From Candidatus Methanomethylicia archaeon (GTDB lineage Archaea > Thermoproteota > Methanomethylicia > Culexarchaeales > Culexarchaeaceae): a stretch of 64,000 bases of DNA. The stretch is taken from assembly GCA_038727515.1 (NCBI GenBank), contig JAVYVS010000002.1, forward strand, positions 243,699-307,698, given 5' to 3'. Below the pieces are notes generated by a model. It searched no databases and was not told where the DNA came from. It worked only from the letters and a program-made list of their open reading frames with translations. Both the position numbers and the translations under genes were made by a program. Shown one piece after another: positions 38,451-46,970 of this stretch (its first letter is position 1; every line of letters starts with the position of its first letter).

Positions 38451-40208
38451 TTAGCCTTTTTTTATCCAACAATCATAGATTTTTCTCTCAAACTTAACTA
38501 TAACATGTTTATAATTCTTTTTGAATTCTAATCCATTTTTCTCCAATTCATTTAATATCTTCTTATATCTATCATGTAATTCTTTAAGTGCTTCTATTGC
38601 TTCTTCTAGTGTTGCTTCTTTAAATTTAATTTTTGTTTTTGGTTCACATTGTGAAAAAATGTTTAAGTCTGGTTCTATTATTTTACCTATTACAGCATAT
38701 CCTCCTGTAGTTTGTGCATCAGCCATTAATACTATTGGATTTCCATCCCCTGGAATTTGTATTGCACCTGGAAGTGTTCCACAACTTATTAATCTTCCAA
38801 CACCTTTAATTTTTGCTTCAATATCTTTCTCCAACCTATAACCCATTCTATTTATGTTGCTTGTAACTGTGAATTTTGTATTTGTGAAATCTTTAATCAT
38901 TTCCTCCGTGAAGTATTGGAGGTGTGGTCCTAATAAAATTCTAAATTCATTTTTCCTTTCTCTTTTCCAGTTTATTCTTCTTGCTGGACATGTTTCTATT
39001 ATTTCGTTAAACATATTTTTAGATGTAGTTATTATTGCATTTTTGGTTAGTTCTCTTCCAATTCCAGCAGTTAGATAATGTGATCTACTTCCAAGAATTA
39101 TAGGTTCATTTATTCCTCCAGCTATGGAAATATATGATATTAACCCATCTACTATTCTATTAATTTTAATCTTGCTCCCCTTCCTAACTGGTATGGCTCT
39201 CCAAGTTTCAATTTCTTCTCCATCAATTTCCCCCTCCACATTAGCTCCACAAATAGATATTATTATATCTTGTAAAACTGTAGCTTCAAAATTGCTTTGA
39301 AATATTTCTATACATGCACAATCAATATTGTTTCCAACAAGTATATTTGATGTTATAAATGATTCTTTATCCATAGCTCCAGATACTGGAACACCATACT
39401 TCCTATAACCTTCTCTACCAAGATCTTGTATTGATACACCTGGACCTGCTACATCAACCTTTAATACTGGTTCCCCTTCAATACTCAATGAAGTTTTAGG
39501 AGGTTCTTTTCTTAAAATTTCATCATATACCTCTCTACTTATTGGTTTGAATTTCACATAATCTCCAATTTTGAATATTGTGGGTGGATCTCTATTTGGA
39601 TCGAATAATTTTATTGGCGTTCTCCCTATGATTCTCCATCCTCCTGGGCTTTCAAATGGATATATTCCTGTTTGTGTTCCAGCTATTCCTACAGAACCTG
39701 CAGGTACCTTTATCCTTGGATTTTCCAATCTTGGTACAGCTATTTTTTCAGGGACTTCACCCATATATGGGAATCCTGGTATAAATCCAACCATATAAAC
39801 TCTGTATACTTGTTCTGAATGTATTTTAATGATTTCTTCAGGTTTTAGTTTAGTTATCTTTGATATCTCTTCTAAATCTAAACCTACATCATAATCATAT
39901 AATGTTGGTATCTCTATTATATTTCGTATTTCTTCTTCAACTATTTCTCTCTCAATTATATTCCCATATACTTCTAGAATTTTCTCTTCTAATTTTTTCC
40001 TATCTGTATTAAGTGGGTCTATTATGATTAGTATTGTTGTGTAAGCTGGTATTATCTCTTTAATACCGTAATCCCCCTTTAATTTCTCTATTTCATCACT
40101 AAGCATTTTTACCATAGTGTTTATTCTCTTATTTATTTCATTGCCAATTTCTATGAATACTCCATTTTCCCCCATGTGCTGCAAATTTATTTTGCGATTA
40201 AAAAGCAT
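38451..40208 (-). CDS. pxpBC: 5-oxoprolinase/allophanate hydrolase-like PxpB-PxpC fusion
   Basis: GFIPGFPYMG, PRLENPR, SPGGWRIIG (PxpB); QDLGR, SGAMD, RMGYRL, DAQTTGGY (PxpC). Confidence 0.9.
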   Translation of the reverse strand: MLFNRKINLQHMGENGVFIEIGNEINKRINTMVKMLSDEIEKLKGDYGIKEIIPAYTTILIIIDPLNTDRKKLEEKILEVYGNIIEREIVEEEIRNIIEIPTLYDYDVGLDLEEISKITKLKPEEIIKIHSEQVYRVYMVGFIPGFPYMGEVPEKIAVPRLENPRIKVPAGSVGIAGTQTGIYPFESPGGWRIIGRTPIKLFDPNRDPPTIFKIGDYVKFKPISREVYDEILRKEPPKTSLSIEGEPVLKVDVAGPGVSIQDLGREGYRKYGVPVSGAMDKESFITSNILVGNNIDCACIEIFQSNFEATVLQDIIISICGANVEGEIDGEEIETWRAIPVRKGSKIKINRIVDGLISYISIAGGINEPIILGSRSHYLTAGIGRELTKNAIITTSKNMFNEIIETCPARRINWKRERKNEFRILLGPHLQYFTEEMIKDFTNTKFTVTSNINRMGYRLEKDIEAKIKGVGRLISCGTLPGAIQIPGDGNPIVLMADAQTTGGYAVIGKIIEPDLNIFSQCEPKTKIKFKEATLEEAIEALKELHDRYKKILNELEKNGLEFKKNYKHVIVKFERKIYDCWIKKG

Positions 40209-40282
40209 TCGTATGGCACCTATTCAGAATCTATAAATCTATATATTAGTAGGTTAATCTTAAAAATTGTGAGTGTAATGCT

Positions 40283-40765
40283 ATGATATCTAATGTTAAG
40301 AGTTTTATTGCCGCAGTTATTGCTCTATATAATTATTTATTAGATTGTGGTTTAAGTAATATTCCTGAAGTCACATTATCCTCTGGAGATGATAAGTATA
40401 CTTTTACTGATGTTTCTCTGAGAAATAATATTCTAAATTTTAAGTTTAATGGTAAAGATTATTTTGTGAATTTTAGTGATAACGAAATTGAATTTTCTAC
40501 TGTTAAGCATGTTTTTGAAGAAGTTGAAAAGGAGGTTGAAGATTTTTTCATAGTTAAGTCTACGGTTTCCGGTAGGGTTATTAATGTTTTTGTCAATGAG
40601 GGAGATAATGTTAAAGAAAATGATTTACTATTGAAAATTGAAGCTATGAAAATGGAAATTGATATTAAATCCCCTGTGAATGGTGTTGTAGATAGAATCT
40701 TTATTTCTAAGGATATGGAGGTTAAATTGGGTTCACCATTAATCTCCATAAGGGTTTATAGGTGA
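40283..40765 (+). CDS. Biotin carboxyl carrier protein
   Basis: IEAMKMEID biotinylation motif in the C-terminal domain. Confidence 0.9.
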   Translation: MISNVKSFIAAVIALYNYLLDCGLSNIPEVTLSSGDDKYTFTDVSLRNNILNFKFNGKDYFVNFSDNEIEFSTVKHVFEEVEKEVEDFFIVKSTVSGRVINVFVNEGDNVKENDLLLKIEAMKMEIDIKSPVNGVVDRIFISKDMEVKLGSPLISIRVYR

Positions 40766-40772
40766 GGATTTC

Positions 40773-42179
40773 ATGGTTGAAATTGTGGATTTAACTTTAA
40801 GGGATGCTCATCAATCTCTACTTGCCACTAGATTTAGAACTGAAGATATGCTTCCAATACTTGATGTTATGGATGAAATAGGGTTTTATTCTATGGAGGT
40901 TTGGGGTGGTGCAACTTTTGATGCACCATTAAGATACTTAAATGAAGACCCGTGGATTAGACTTAAACTTATTAGAGAGAGAATTAAGAAGACTAAACTT
41001 CAAATGCTTCTAAGAGGTCAAAACCTCGTTGGCTATCGCCATTATCCAGATGACATATGCATAAAGTTTGTGGAAAAAGCTTATGATAATGGTATCGATA
41101 TATTCCGGATTTTTGATGCATTAAATGATTTAAGGAATGTTATGATAACTGCTAAGACAGCTAAGAAAATTGGAGCTGAAGTTCAATTATGCATGGTATA
41201 TACTATAAGCCCAATACATACAGTAGATTATTACATTAATTTAGCTAAGGAAATAGCATCTATGGATGTTGATTCCATATGTATAAAGGATATGTCTGGA
41301 ATATTGAAGCCATATACTGCATATGAGATTGTTAGAAGGATTAAAAGCGAAATTAATATTCCGGTGAATGTGCACTCACATACTACTGCAGGTTTAGCTC
41401 CAATAACATTAATTAAATCTGTTGAAGCTGGAGCAGACTACATAGACTGTACGCTATCCTCAATGTCCATGTATACGTCACATTCACCATTAGAATCCAT
41501 TGCATTATGTCTAGAAGATACACCGTATAAAGTTAAGATAAATTTAAATCTAGCTTTAAAAGCATCAAAATATTTCTGGGAGAAGAGGAAGAAGTATAGT
41601 GAATACGATTATGCTTTAAAAAATCCTCCAGTGGATGTAAGTGTATTGGAGCATCAGATTCCTGGAGGTATGCTTAGCAATTTATTAGAACAATTAAGAA
41701 TGCAAGGTGCAGAAGATAAATTAGATGAAGTTTTAAAGGAGGTTCCAAAGGTTAGAAGAGATTTGGGATATCCACCACTAGTAACACCATTATCACAAAT
41801 AGTTGGAACACAAGCAGTAATAAATGTTCTATCGGGGAAATCATACTCAATAGTAATAAAGGAAGTAAAAGATTATGTTAAAGGATTATATGGTAAACCT
41901 CCAGGTGAAATAGACCCAGAAATTGCAAAAATGGTTTTAGGAGATGAAAAGCCTATAAACGTAAGACCTGCAGAACTATTAGAACCAGCATATCAAAAAA
42001 TAGTTTCAGAAATTCCAAAGGAATTTATTGAAAAAGAGGAAGATTACATAACATATGCATTATTCCCAGATATAGCAATAAAATACTTTAAATTAAGAAG
42101 AGAAGCAAAAATCAAAATTCCTAAGACATATGAAATAATAATCGGAAATAAAACATTTAATGTATCACTAGAAAAGTAA
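40773..42179 (+). CDS. pycB: Pyruvate carboxylase subunit B / oxaloacetate decarboxylase alpha carboxyltransferase, lacking the biotinyl domain
   Basis: RDAHQSLLATR, WGGATFD, IKDMSG, HSH, HQIPGGM, GYPPLVTP; no AMKM. Confidence 0.9.
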   Translation: MVEIVDLTLRDAHQSLLATRFRTEDMLPILDVMDEIGFYSMEVWGGATFDAPLRYLNEDPWIRLKLIRERIKKTKLQMLLRGQNLVGYRHYPDDICIKFVEKAYDNGIDIFRIFDALNDLRNVMITAKTAKKIGAEVQLCMVYTISPIHTVDYYINLAKEIASMDVDSICIKDMSGILKPYTAYEIVRRIKSEINIPVNVHSHTTAGLAPITLIKSVEAGADYIDCTLSSMSMYTSHSPLESIALCLEDTPYKVKINLNLALKASKYFWEKRKKYSEYDYALKNPPVDVSVLEHQIPGGMLSNLLEQLRMQGAEDKLDEVLKEVPKVRRDLGYPPLVTPLSQIVGTQAVINVLSGKSYSIVIKEVKDYVKGLYGKPPGEIDPEIAKMVLGDEKPINVRPAELLEPAYQKIVSEIPKEFIEKEEDYITYALFPDIAIKYFKLRREAKIKIPKTYEIIIGNKTFNVSLEK

Positions 42180-42181
42180 CA

Positions 42182-42238
42182 TTTATATACTTCCCATTAT
42201 CAAAGGAATCATGACTTCATATTTTTAATTTTCGGGGG
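42182..42238 (+). promoter_or_regulatory. TATA box and RBS for membrane cassette 2
   Basis: TTTATATA at 42182-42189 after purine-rich GAAAAGTAACA; GGGGG at 42234-42238. Confidence 0.5.
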
Positions 42239-42244
42239 AAAACA

Positions 42245-43054
42245 ATGCTATCCTATCCATTATATCTATCACAAATTCTAAAGTCTGGTAGAGTTAGTGG
42301 ACTCGTTTTCTTATTGATAATAGCAATATCCGCAGCATACTTCATTAGGCGTGGTAAAGCTGGTAAGGTTCCATATATTAGGAGAGTTTCTGGTCTCGAT
42401 GCTATTGATGAAGCTATTGGAAGAGCCACTGAGATGGGACGTCCAGTATTTTGTTCGCATGGTATAGCAAGTATAGCTGATGCAACTTATGGTCCACAAA
42501 CCATCGCCGGTCTCTCAGTATTAGGTTATGTAGCTCAATTATGTGCTAAGTATGGTACTAGGCTAATAGTTCCAATTAGACAAGTTGCAGTTTATCCTAT
42601 TGCCAGAGAAATCGTTGAAAACGCATATAGAGCTGAAGGTAAATTAGATCAATTTAGAGTTGAAGACCTTGTATACCTCTCAGGTTGGCAGTTTGGTTAC
42701 TCTCTTGGTTATATGAGTTTAATGCAGAGGGAGAAGGCTGGTGCAAATATCATGATCGGTGGGTATTGGGCTGAATCATTGCAGTTGGCGGAGGTTGGGT
42801 ATATGGTTGGTGCTATGCAGGTTAGTGGAACAGCAAACACACACCAAATACCATTCTTCGTAGTAGCAACAGACTACTGCCTAATAGGAGAAGAAATCTT
42901 TGCAGCAGGAGCATACCTAAGCAAAGACCCAGCAATGATAGGAAGCATAGTAGCACAAGACATAGGAAAATTTATCTCTGTAGCTCTCATAGTTATAAGT
43001 TTCATTCTTCTGCTTGGTGGCTCTAAATTTATTGTAGACTTGTTGAGGTGGTAG
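42245..43054 (+). CDS. Membrane cassette 2 subunit A (DUF6754-like)
   Basis: IRRVSGLDAIDEAIGRATEMGRP, HQIPFF..DYCLIGEEIFAAGAYLS. Confidence 0.82.
   Translation: MLSYPLYLSQILKSGRVSGLVFLLIIAISAAYFIRRGKAGKVPYIRRVSGLDAIDEAIGRATEMGRPVFCSHGIASIADATYGPQTIAGLSVLGYVAQLCAKYGTRLIVPIRQVAVYPIAREIVENAYRAEGKLDQFRVEDLVYLSGWQFGYSLGYMSLMQREKAGANIMIGGYWAESLQLAEVGYMVGAMQVSGTANTHQIPFFVVATDYCLIGEEIFAAGAYLSKDPAMIGSIVAQDIGKFISVALIVISFILLLGGSKFIVDLLRW
42398..42420 (+). repeat. 23-bp exact direct repeat shared with 26567-26589 (paralogous subunit A genes)
   Basis: GATGCTATTGATGAAGCTATTGG at both sites, encoding DAIDEAIG. Confidence 0.85.
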
Positions 43055-43058
43055 ATGT

Positions 43059-43712
43059 ATGTCTTGGCTTAAACGTGTTGAAATTCCAATAGCAATAACA
43101 ATTATATGCGCACTAATACAAATAGTACCATACTTTATTAGCATGGGTGTTGATGTAGAGAATTTCCAAAGTAAATTTGTAAGTTGGAGTTTGGTTGTGG
43201 GTACTGGTGCATTAATGGTTGGTGCAATTTCTCTACTATTAATACATGTTCCAAAAATTACCCATCGACGTCAATACTGGGAGTATAGTCTACTTTTAAT
43301 GGTTTTCATGTTTATTATGGCATTACTTGGTTTACCAATTTCAGAAATTGGTTTAGGCTTAACGAATTATTGGTTTACTTTCCTATATAATAATGTTTTA
43401 ACGCCTCTTTCATCTAGCATGTATGCTATAATTGCATTCTATATTACTTCTGCGGCTTATAGAGCTTTTAAAGCTAGATCTTTAGAGGCTGGATTATTAT
43501 TGTTGGCTGGAAGTATACTGGTGTTTAGAAATGCTCCATTAGGAACATTCTTAATACCTGCTTCAGCGGATATAGGCGATTGGATATTCAACATACCAAA
43601 TATGGCTGTGAATAGAGCTATAATGATTGGTGGTGGGCTTGGAGCTATGATTCTTGGAATTAGAACCTTAATGGGTTATGAGAGAGGTTACTTAAGAGGT
43701 GGAGGTGAATAA
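43059..43712 (+). CDS. Membrane cassette 2 subunit B
   Basis: SAAYRAFKARSLEA, NAPLG; polytopic. Confidence 0.8.
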   Translation: MSWLKRVEIPIAITIICALIQIVPYFISMGVDVENFQSKFVSWSLVVGTGALMVGAISLLLIHVPKITHRRQYWEYSLLLMVFMFIMALLGLPISEIGLGLTNYWFTFLYNNVLTPLSSSMYAIIAFYITSAAYRAFKARSLEAGLLLLAGSILVFRNAPLGTFLIPASADIGDWIFNIPNMAVNRAIMIGGGLGAMILGIRTLMGYERGYLRGGGE

Positions 43713-43714
43713 AT

Positions 43715-44560
43715 ATGGGTAGTAACGTAAGCTTGTGGGAAAAGCTTGAAAATATTGATGTTAGGATAATATATTTAATATTGTGGATAGTAATTCTATG
43801 GCCCTTTATATACCCCATAGGTCTACCAGTAAGTATAGGTTCTTATGCTATATCGTATGCTAAGACCATCGATGAATTACCACCAGGTTCTATGGTTGTA
43901 GTATCCTTTGACTTCAGTCTTGGCGGCCTTGGAGAATTATATCCAATAGTTGTTGCTACCATGCACCACCTATTCACTAAACCCATTAAGATTGCTATTA
44001 TCGCCATATGGGTTGACGGTCCCATAGTGGCTAATATGGTGTTAAATGAGTTGAAACCTGAAAATCCTCCATATAATAAGAAGTACGGTGTGGATTGGAT
44101 TTTCCTCGGATACGTGCCTGGTGGGGAAACTGCCATGGCTGCTTTAGGCAGAGACTTCTGGAATACACTTCCATTAGATTACATTTACAAGAAACCTGTT
44201 AGTGAATATCCAATAATGCAAAAATTAAGGTCTGCAGCAGATGTAAATTTACTTGTAAGTTTTGAAACTGGTACTCCTGGAGCTGATGAATGGGTTAGGC
44301 AATGGTATGTACCATATAAAGTTCCAATGATTGTTGGTTGCATCGGGGTTATGGCACCCACAATTGTTCCATATGTAGCTGGTGGTCAAGTCAAAGGTAT
44401 GCTTCCAGGTTTAAGAGCTGCTGCTGAATATGAACTGATTATTGGTAGAAAGGGACTAGGTGTTGCCTCCGCAGACGCTCTCTCCACAAGTCATATGGTG
44501 GTAATAATCTTTGTAATTATAGGTAATATTTCGTATATAGCTAGGAGGCGGGTCAAATGA
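43715..44560 (+). CDS. Membrane cassette 2 subunit C
   Basis: PIGLPVSI, YGVDWIFLGYVPGGET, GLRAAAEYE. Confidence 0.8.
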   Translation: MGSNVSLWEKLENIDVRIIYLILWIVILWPFIYPIGLPVSIGSYAISYAKTIDELPPGSMVVVSFDFSLGGLGELYPIVVATMHHLFTKPIKIAIIAIWVDGPIVANMVLNELKPENPPYNKKYGVDWIFLGYVPGGETAMAALGRDFWNTLPLDYIYKKPVSEYPIMQKLRSAADVNLLVSFETGTPGADEWVRQWYVPYKVPMIVGCIGVMAPTIVPYVAGGQVKGMLPGLRAAAEYELIIGRKGLGVASADALSTSHMVVIIFVIIGNISYIARRRVK

Positions 44561-45270
44561 GCGTGGAGTTATTTGGAATATTTTTAGGGGTATTCTTTAC
44601 CCTTGCAATATACACATTTCTATATAGGGAGAATCCATATTCTAGAATCGCTGAATACGTATTTATAGGTGCAGCCACTGGTTATGGTATTGCATATGAT
44701 TTAGATTGGTTGAGATCTCAATGGACTGGGACATGGTCTAAGACTACTGGAGATGCTATAGCTTTTGTATTTGCATTACTCTTAAGCCTATTATGGTACT
44801 TCAGATTTTCTAGGAAATATTTCTTCCTATATAGAATTCCATTGGCTATAACCGTTGGAACAACTATTGGAATCGCACTTAGATCTGTAGTATTTGCACA
44901 AGTATTAGAGCAAGTTAGAGCTACAGCTTCCTTAACTGTTATTGGTGTTGATGCCTGGACAGCTTTCAATAACCTAGTTACAATAGCCATCGTTGTATGT
45001 ACACTACTATACTTCACATTTACAGTTAGTCAGACAGCTGCACCTTGGAAACCCATTAATAAATTTGCTAGATATTCTATGATGATTGGCTTTGGATCTG
45101 CATATGGATACACCGTGTTGACAAGGATGTCATTGTTTATCGGTAGAGTTCAATTCTTACTTGGTGTACCTCCAAATCCAGTTGAAGCTAAAATGATGTT
45201 TCCATGGGTTGCATTGTTCATGCTTGCTACAATGATTGGTTACGATTACTACAAGAAGAGCAAGAAATAA
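44557..45270 (+). CDS. Membrane cassette 2 subunit D
   Basis: TLAIYTFLYREN..IAEYVFIG, YFTFTV, GRVQFLL. Confidence 0.8.
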   Translation: MSVELFGIFLGVFFTLAIYTFLYRENPYSRIAEYVFIGAATGYGIAYDLDWLRSQWTGTWSKTTGDAIAFVFALLLSLLWYFRFSRKYFFLYRIPLAITVGTTIGIALRSVVFAQVLEQVRATASLTVIGVDAWTAFNNLVTIAIVVCTLLYFTFTVSQTAAPWKPINKFARYSMMIGFGSAYGYTVLTRMSLFIGRVQFLLGVPPNPVEAKMMFPWVALFMLATMIGYDYYKKSKK

Positions 45271-45276
45271 ATTAAA

Positions 45277-46359
45277 TTAAAATACTCTTTTTATTGCTAC
45301 CTCTAAGTTTAATTCTTCTAATAATATTTTTTCTATGGGTTTATATACGTCGATATCCATTAATCCTGATCCTAATTTAATTTTGTTTGAATCTACATGC
45401 GTTATAACTACCTTGTTTTCCAATTCTACTTCTGTTGAATTTAATGGTAGACCTGTTTCTAGATTGAAGATGTTTATTAGATCTGGGAATGTTGCTTTTA
45501 CATTATCCCATTCATGTAAACTTATATATTCATTTACAAAGGTCACTTTATATTTATTGTTTTCTTCATCTATTACATCTATGAATCCCACATCAAATCC
45601 ACTTTTACTTATTAATCTCTTTGCTCTCACCTCCCCTATACATATGATTCTTCCACCCAAAGTCTTCATTGCAGCTTCTATTTTCTCCAATGGTTTTTCT
45701 ACATCCAACATGGCTTCACCTACTTCTCCAGCCTGTTTTATGGCTCCCTTAGCACCATTTCTAGCTAGATATTCTATCTTCACTGGATTTCTTGAAACTG
45801 CCACCATTCCTCCAGCTTCTATTGAAAACAGCCTTATTATTCTACTTGTTGTTTCTATATCTCCCCTAACAATTATTTCAAGATTCCTTTCTCCTCCAGT
45901 TGCAGCTTGTATTGATATATAATCTTTTACTTTGTGTAGTCCTATTGCTCCCATTATTGCTGTGGGATGAGCTCTTCCATCACATGGACAATCTACCAAT
46001 GGTTTATTGTATACTGCTGATTGTATCCATCCATGTGTTATTGCCATTGGTCCACATTCACTTCCAATAAACCCATCTATTTTCACTTCAAATCTTTCTA
46101 GTAACTTTATTGTTCTTATATGATGCCATGGTAATACTAATCCTCTTGATTGTGTTCCAACTACTGATACCGTTACTACAACATCTTCTTCATCCATTTC
46201 TTCTATGTCAAGTAGATTTATCGGCTTTATCTGTGTAGCAAGCTTCCCCATTTTTAATCCTTCACTTATACTTCCTCCACCTCCACCCCCAAGTACTGCT
46301 CCACCATACACATATTTTTCAACGTCAATGGGCTTTATGATATTCAATTTTTCCACCAT
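45277..46359 (-). CDS. DUF917 family protein
   Basis: GGAVLGGGGGG, EC, D..GRAHP, GFDVG, FVNEY, TFPDLI. Confidence 0.82.
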   Translation of the reverse strand: MVEKLNIIKPIDVEKYVYGGAVLGGGGGGSISEGLKMGKLATQIKPINLLDIEEMDEEDVVVTVSVVGTQSRGLVLPWHHIRTIKLLERFEVKIDGFIGSECGPMAITHGWIQSAVYNKPLVDCPCDGRAHPTAIMGAIGLHKVKDYISIQAATGGERNLEIIVRGDIETTSRIIRLFSIEAGGMVAVSRNPVKIEYLARNGAKGAIKQAGEVGEAMLDVEKPLEKIEAAMKTLGGRIICIGEVRAKRLISKSGFDVGFIDVIDEENNKYKVTFVNEYISLHEWDNVKATFPDLINIFNLETGLPLNSTEVELENKVVITHVDSNKIKLGSGLMDIDVYKPIEKILLEELNLEVAIKRVF

Positions 46360-46368
46360 TAAACTTTA

Positions 46369-46869
46369 TTATCCTTCAACTTTTACAATTTTTGCTTCTG
46401 GAATTAAATCTCTAATTGAATCTATAACCTTTTGATTATCCTCCCACAACTCTATTATTCTATAACCTTTTTTAAGCAAACTTTTTATCATACTCCTCTT
46501 ATAAATCTCCTCTCTTCTTAGATCATTTTTCCCTCTAAAGTATATCTCATTGTATGGAATATTCCAAGATTTTAATTGTTCTATGGTTTCATCTTTTTGT
46601 TTTTCTTTACTTCTACCGGTTACTATGATTATCCTTATACCTCTCTCATTTAGTCTTCTAATATGATCTATTATTTCAATTTTTGGTTTATCAAGTTTTA
46701 TTAATTGGGGATTTAAAAATTCTTCCCAAAACTTCTTCTTTTCATCTCTGGATAATGCTTCTATACTCTTCTTTCCAAATGGTTCTAAAGCTTTTCTCAA
46801 TCTTTCACTTACATCTGCTATTACCCCATCTATATCGAATATTGCTGCTTCCATAACTAGAAACATCAT
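46369..46869 (-). CDS. HAD-family phosphatase (polynucleotide-kinase phosphatase-like)
   Basis: FDIDG, VTGR, K, WEDN. Confidence 0.78.
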   Translation of the reverse strand: MMFLVMEAAIFDIDGVIADVSERLRKALEPFGKKSIEALSRDEKKKFWEEFLNPQLIKLDKPKIEIIDHIRRLNERGIRIIIVTGRSKEKQKDETIEQLKSWNIPYNEIYFRGKNDLRREEIYKRSMIKSLLKKGYRIIELWEDNQKVIDSIRDLIPEAKIVKVEG

Positions 46870-46970
46870 TGTAAACTGTATTTAAAAAGTTTCTATTTAA
46901 CCAAAATTCATAAATAATTGGTTTTGTTAATGGTTTAGGGTAATTCATTTTTTGAGTTGTCGGTGGGACT

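Noticed and set aside
42827-42970. Diversity-generating retroelement template/variable region
   Set aside because: No reverse transcriptase and no near-identical second copy differing only at adenines; the changes are synonymous within a conserved motif
26420-45270. Recent segmental duplication or assembly artefact producing the two membrane cassettes
   Set aside because: The copies differ extensively in DNA and protein; the longest exact match I noticed is 23 bp, so they are old paralogs
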